The notes below the pieces were generated by a model, which saw only the letters and a program-made list of their open reading frames with translations, had not been told where the DNA came from and made no database searches. A stretch of DNA of 60,697 nucleotides, the filler included. It is 6 parts of 6 records of this genome, joined end to end, with 100 filler letters (N's around TTAATTAATTAA, not from the genome) between each part and the next. Parts side by side here need not be neighbours in the genome. Positions count along the whole stretch, not along the records: positions 55,049 to 60,697 come from SRR31156797_25866; 5 more parts are not named here. The stretch is one strand, 5' to 3'. A program made the position numbers and the translations under genes. Shown here one piece after another: positions 58,259-60,697 of the stretch (positions are counted from its first letter, which is position 1; each line of letters begins with the position of its first letter).

Positions 58259-59450
58259 TGCCTCACAGCTCGAGCGCCTTTCCCCTGACCCCGCTGCCGG
58301 CCTGGTCTACACCCGAGACGAACACCTGGGGCGGACGATCGGCCAGGAGGTGCGGCCCCTGTGCCGGATCGAAGCCGTCACCGCTTCGGCGCAGGATGTC
58401 CTGCGGACGATGGAAACCGGAAAAATCCGGACCGGTTTCATCCACATTACCCCCGAAACGAAAGAGGACGGGATCTCCTTGTTGCACCATTTGCGTCGGA
58501 TCTTCCCGGATAGCAAGGTTTTTGTCATAACGGATGAAAAGGATCCCGATCTCATCCTCGAGGGGATGCGGTTGGGGGTTCTGGATTTTATCCTTCCGGC
58601 GGAAAAGGGGGCCAACCGGTTCCTGCCGCCCCTGCAAAAAGCGCTGGGAGAAACCGCAAGGCAAGGCCGAAACGGATTCATCTACTCCTTTTTCAGTCTC
58701 AAGGGAGGACAGGGAAACACCTCCTTGAGCGTCAACCTGGCCGACCAGATCCATTCGCTGACCAACGGCCGTGTGCTTTTGCTGGACCTTAACCTGTACA
58801 TGGGCGACGTCGGCGCCATGGTCAACGTCGAACCCGGCTTCACCCCCTTCGACCTGATCCGCGATTTGTCACGAATGGATGAGAACCTGTTGCTTTCCTC
58901 ACTGCATCGCCATGACCGGGGGATCTATGTCCTTCCGTCACCGGCGGTTGTCAGCGATGCCGAGCGGGTCCACCGGAACCAGATCGCCGACATGCTGGTC
59001 CTGCTGAAAAGTTATTTCTCCCACATCGTGATGGACCTGCCCAACGAACTGTCCGAGCGAACCCTGGCGGCCGTGGAGGCATCGGACCGTGTCATGGTCC
59101 TGGTGGAGCCCAACCTGGTTTCGATCAAGAGCGCCCAGCAGGTCCTGCAGTTCTTCCAGGAACTCAATTATGGGGAGGAGCGCGTGGCTGTGGTTCTCAA
59201 CCGGCAGCACCATGCCGTCGATCTCCAACCCGAAGACATCCAACTGGCCCTTCAAAGGCCTTTGCTGTGCACCATTGCAAAAGACGAAAAGGCCCTGGTC
59301 CGGTCGGCGCAAAAGGGGGAACCGCTGTCCGTCAACCATGGTCGCCGGCGGGTTACCCGGGACCTGCATCAGTTGGCTGCACGGCTGACCGGAATTTCGG
59401 AGGAGCGGTGTCATCGCAGGATGTTTCACCGGTGGCTGAAAAACCAATGA
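58248..59450 (+). CDS. cpaE: CpaE/TadZ: degenerate receiver + MinD/ParA-like domain
   Basis: FSLKGGQGNTSL deviant P-loop, LLLDLNL; TTG 58248 after GGAGG. Confidence 0.85.
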   Translation: MQNNASQLERLSPDPAAGLVYTRDEHLGRTIGQEVRPLCRIEAVTASAQDVLRTMETGKIRTGFIHITPETKEDGISLLHHLRRIFPDSKVFVITDEKDPDLILEGMRLGVLDFILPAEKGANRFLPPLQKALGETARQGRNGFIYSFFSLKGGQGNTSLSVNLADQIHSLTNGRVLLLDLNLYMGDVGAMVNVEPGFTPFDLIRDLSRMDENLLLSSLHRHDRGIYVLPSPAVVSDAERVHRNQIADMLVLLKSYFSHIVMDLPNELSERTLAAVEASDRVMVLVEPNLVSIKSAQQVLQFFQELNYGEERVAVVLNRQHHAVDLQPEDIQLALQRPLLCTIAKDEKALVRSAQKGEPLSVNHGRRRVTRDLHQLAARLTGISEERCHRRMFHRWLKNQ

Positions 59451-60697
59451 AACTCAGTGAACGACTCAAATCCGACGCTTCATGGGCCGACTACCGGGAC
59501 AGGATCCAGGCCCGTGCCCGGCTGGATCGTAAAACGTATAACCGGCTGAAAATACAAGTTCATTTTCGCCTGGTGGAGCAGTTGGACCTAGCATCGGTGA
59601 CCGAACTGCCACGGGAAACCCTTCATGGTTCGATCCGGGCCAGTCTGGAACAGATCACCACCGCCCAAAACCTGCCCCTGAACGAGAAGGAACGTTCGGA
59701 CCTGATCGCCGACCTGCTGGACGAAATCCTGGGCCTGGGTCCCATCGAAGGATTGATCCAGGACGAAACCGTCCAAGATATCCTCATCAACGGCCACGAT
59801 CAGGTCTATGTCGAACGCAAGGGTACGCTGGAACGAACCGACATCGGATTCCGGGACAACGAACACCTTATGCAGATTGTCGACCGCATCGTCTCCGGCG
59901 TCGGACGGCGAGTGGACGAGTCCTCGCCCATGGTCGACGCACGGTTGGCGGACGGCAGCCGCGTCAATGTGATCATCCCCCCCCTTGCCCTGATCGGTCC
60001 GGTGGTTTCCATCCGTAAATTCGGCCGCACCCCCATCACCATCGAACAGCTTCTGGACAGCCAGGCCCTCACCCGACAGATGAACGCCTTTCTGGAGGCA
60101 GCGGTGCGGACCAAACTGAACGTTCTCATTTCCGGTGGGACCGGGGCCGGAAAGACAACCCTGCTTAACATTCTTTCCGGGTACATTCCGCAAAACGAAC
60201 GGATCGTCACCATTGAAGACAGCGCTGAACTGCGCCTCAACCAGCCCCATATTGTGAGCCTGGAGTCCCGCCCACCCAACGTGGAGGGCAAAGGAGAGGT
60301 CACCCTCACCGACCTGGTCAAAAACAGTTTGCGCATGCGTCCCGACCGCATCATTGTCGGCGAAGCCCGGGGCGCCGAAGTGATGGATATGCTCCAGGCC
60401 ATGAACACCGGCCACCCCGGATCCATGAGCACCATCCATGCCAACACGCCCGCGGATGCCCTTTCGCGCATGGAGGTCATGGCCGGTATGGGAACGGCCC
60501 TTTTTTCCGAACGGGCCCTGCGGGGACTGATCGCCAGCGCCATTCACATCATCGTACAGCTGGCCCGCTTGCCGGACGGGGCACGGCGGGTCGTTTCCCT
60601 GTCCGAGGTTCAGGGCATCACAGCCGATACGGTATCGGTGGTTCCCCTGGTGGCCTTTCAACAGAAAGGCGTGGATGACCGGGGCCGGGCCTACGGC
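59447..60697 (+). CDS. cpaF: Tad secretion ATPase CpaF/TadA, runs off the window end (absent from the ORF track)
   Basis: ATG overlaps the cpaE stop; LGLGPIE, SPMVDARL, ISGGTGAGKTTLLN, TIEDSAEL, LRMRPDRIIVGE, AMNTGH. Confidence 0.95.
   Translation, partial: MKLSERLKSDASWADYRDRIQARARLDRKTYNRLKIQVHFRLVEQLDLASVTELPRETLHGSIRASLEQITTAQNLPLNEKERSDLIADLLDEILGLGPIEGLIQDETVQDILINGHDQVYVERKGTLERTDIGFRDNEHLMQIVDRIVSGVGRRVDESSPMVDARLADGSRVNVIIPPLALIGPVVSIRKFGRTPITIEQLLDSQALTRQMNAFLEAAVRTKLNVLISGGTGAGKTTLLNILSGYIPQNERIVTIEDSAELRLNQPHIVSLESRPPNVEGKGEVTLTDLVKNSLRMRPDRIIVGEARGAEVMDMLQAMNTGHPGSMSTIHANTPADALSRMEVMAGMGTALFSERALRGLIASAIHIIVQLARLPDGARRVVSLSEVQGITADTVSVVPLVAFQQKGVDDRGRAYG

Noticed and set aside
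1-60697. Functional links across spacers (phn with eut, dnaJ with dnaK, qrc with tad)
   Set aside because: The segments differ in GC and codon style and come from different organisms; adjacency is meaningless.
1-60697. CRISPR arrays, rRNA, intact transposases or integrases, anti-phage defence operons
   Set aside because: No spaced direct-repeat array or such genes seen; mazG is the full-length housekeeping type beside cvpA.

Overview
The window is not one locus. It is six unrelated contigs joined by 100-nt N spacers carrying the artificial six-frame stop linker TTAATTAATTAA (7261-7360, 22575-22674, 28240-28339, 44951-45050, 54949-55048). Taxonomic labels are my inference from composition and gene content. 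(1) 1-7260, high-GC, alphaproteobacterium-like: C-P lyase cluster phnD(part)-phnE, two divergent phnM paralogs, phnF, phnGHI(part). (2) 7361-22574, probably a sulfate-reducer lineage: a degenerate tRNA 3' end (att-like site) with terminator, an IS1595 remnant, an XRE-cupin regulator with three candidate operators, a polar amino-acid ABC transporter + DUF1989 + M20 hydrolase, an orphan flavoprotein, and a DeoR-linked TRAP(QMP)-eutBC ethanolamine module without microcompartment genes. (3) 22675-28239, Arcobacter-like: HTH-fused dimeric dUTPase, an unlisted 58-aa Cys4 protein, recR, dnaJ, a triple-SBP sensor kinase (part). (4) 28340-44950, Pseudodesulfovibrio-like: a structured intergenic element, qrcABCD, manC, rmlC, cvpA, mazG, small membrane ORFs (one with an in-frame TGA in a CxxU-like context), a sigma28-preceded small protein, and a signalling block behind an HmcF/TmcB-like gene (USP, two single-domain receivers, hybrid kinase, Rrf2, heme-c-motif kinase). 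(5) 45051-54948, Bacteroidota: dnaK start, two paralogous outer-membrane proteins, panB, RluA family, cdd, GH73-LysM, ECF sigma with small membrane partner, tyrS(part). (6) 55049-60697, Desulfosarcina-like: tad/cpa pilus genes with a tandem-duplicated RcpC domain in CpaB. No CRISPR array, rRNA or complete tRNA was seen. The best candidates for undescribed systems are the TRAP-EutBC module, the XRE-cupin/ABC/DUF1989/M20 catabolic unit, and the recR-Cys4-HTH-dUTPase arrangement. No searches were run; all family calls are from motif recognition.
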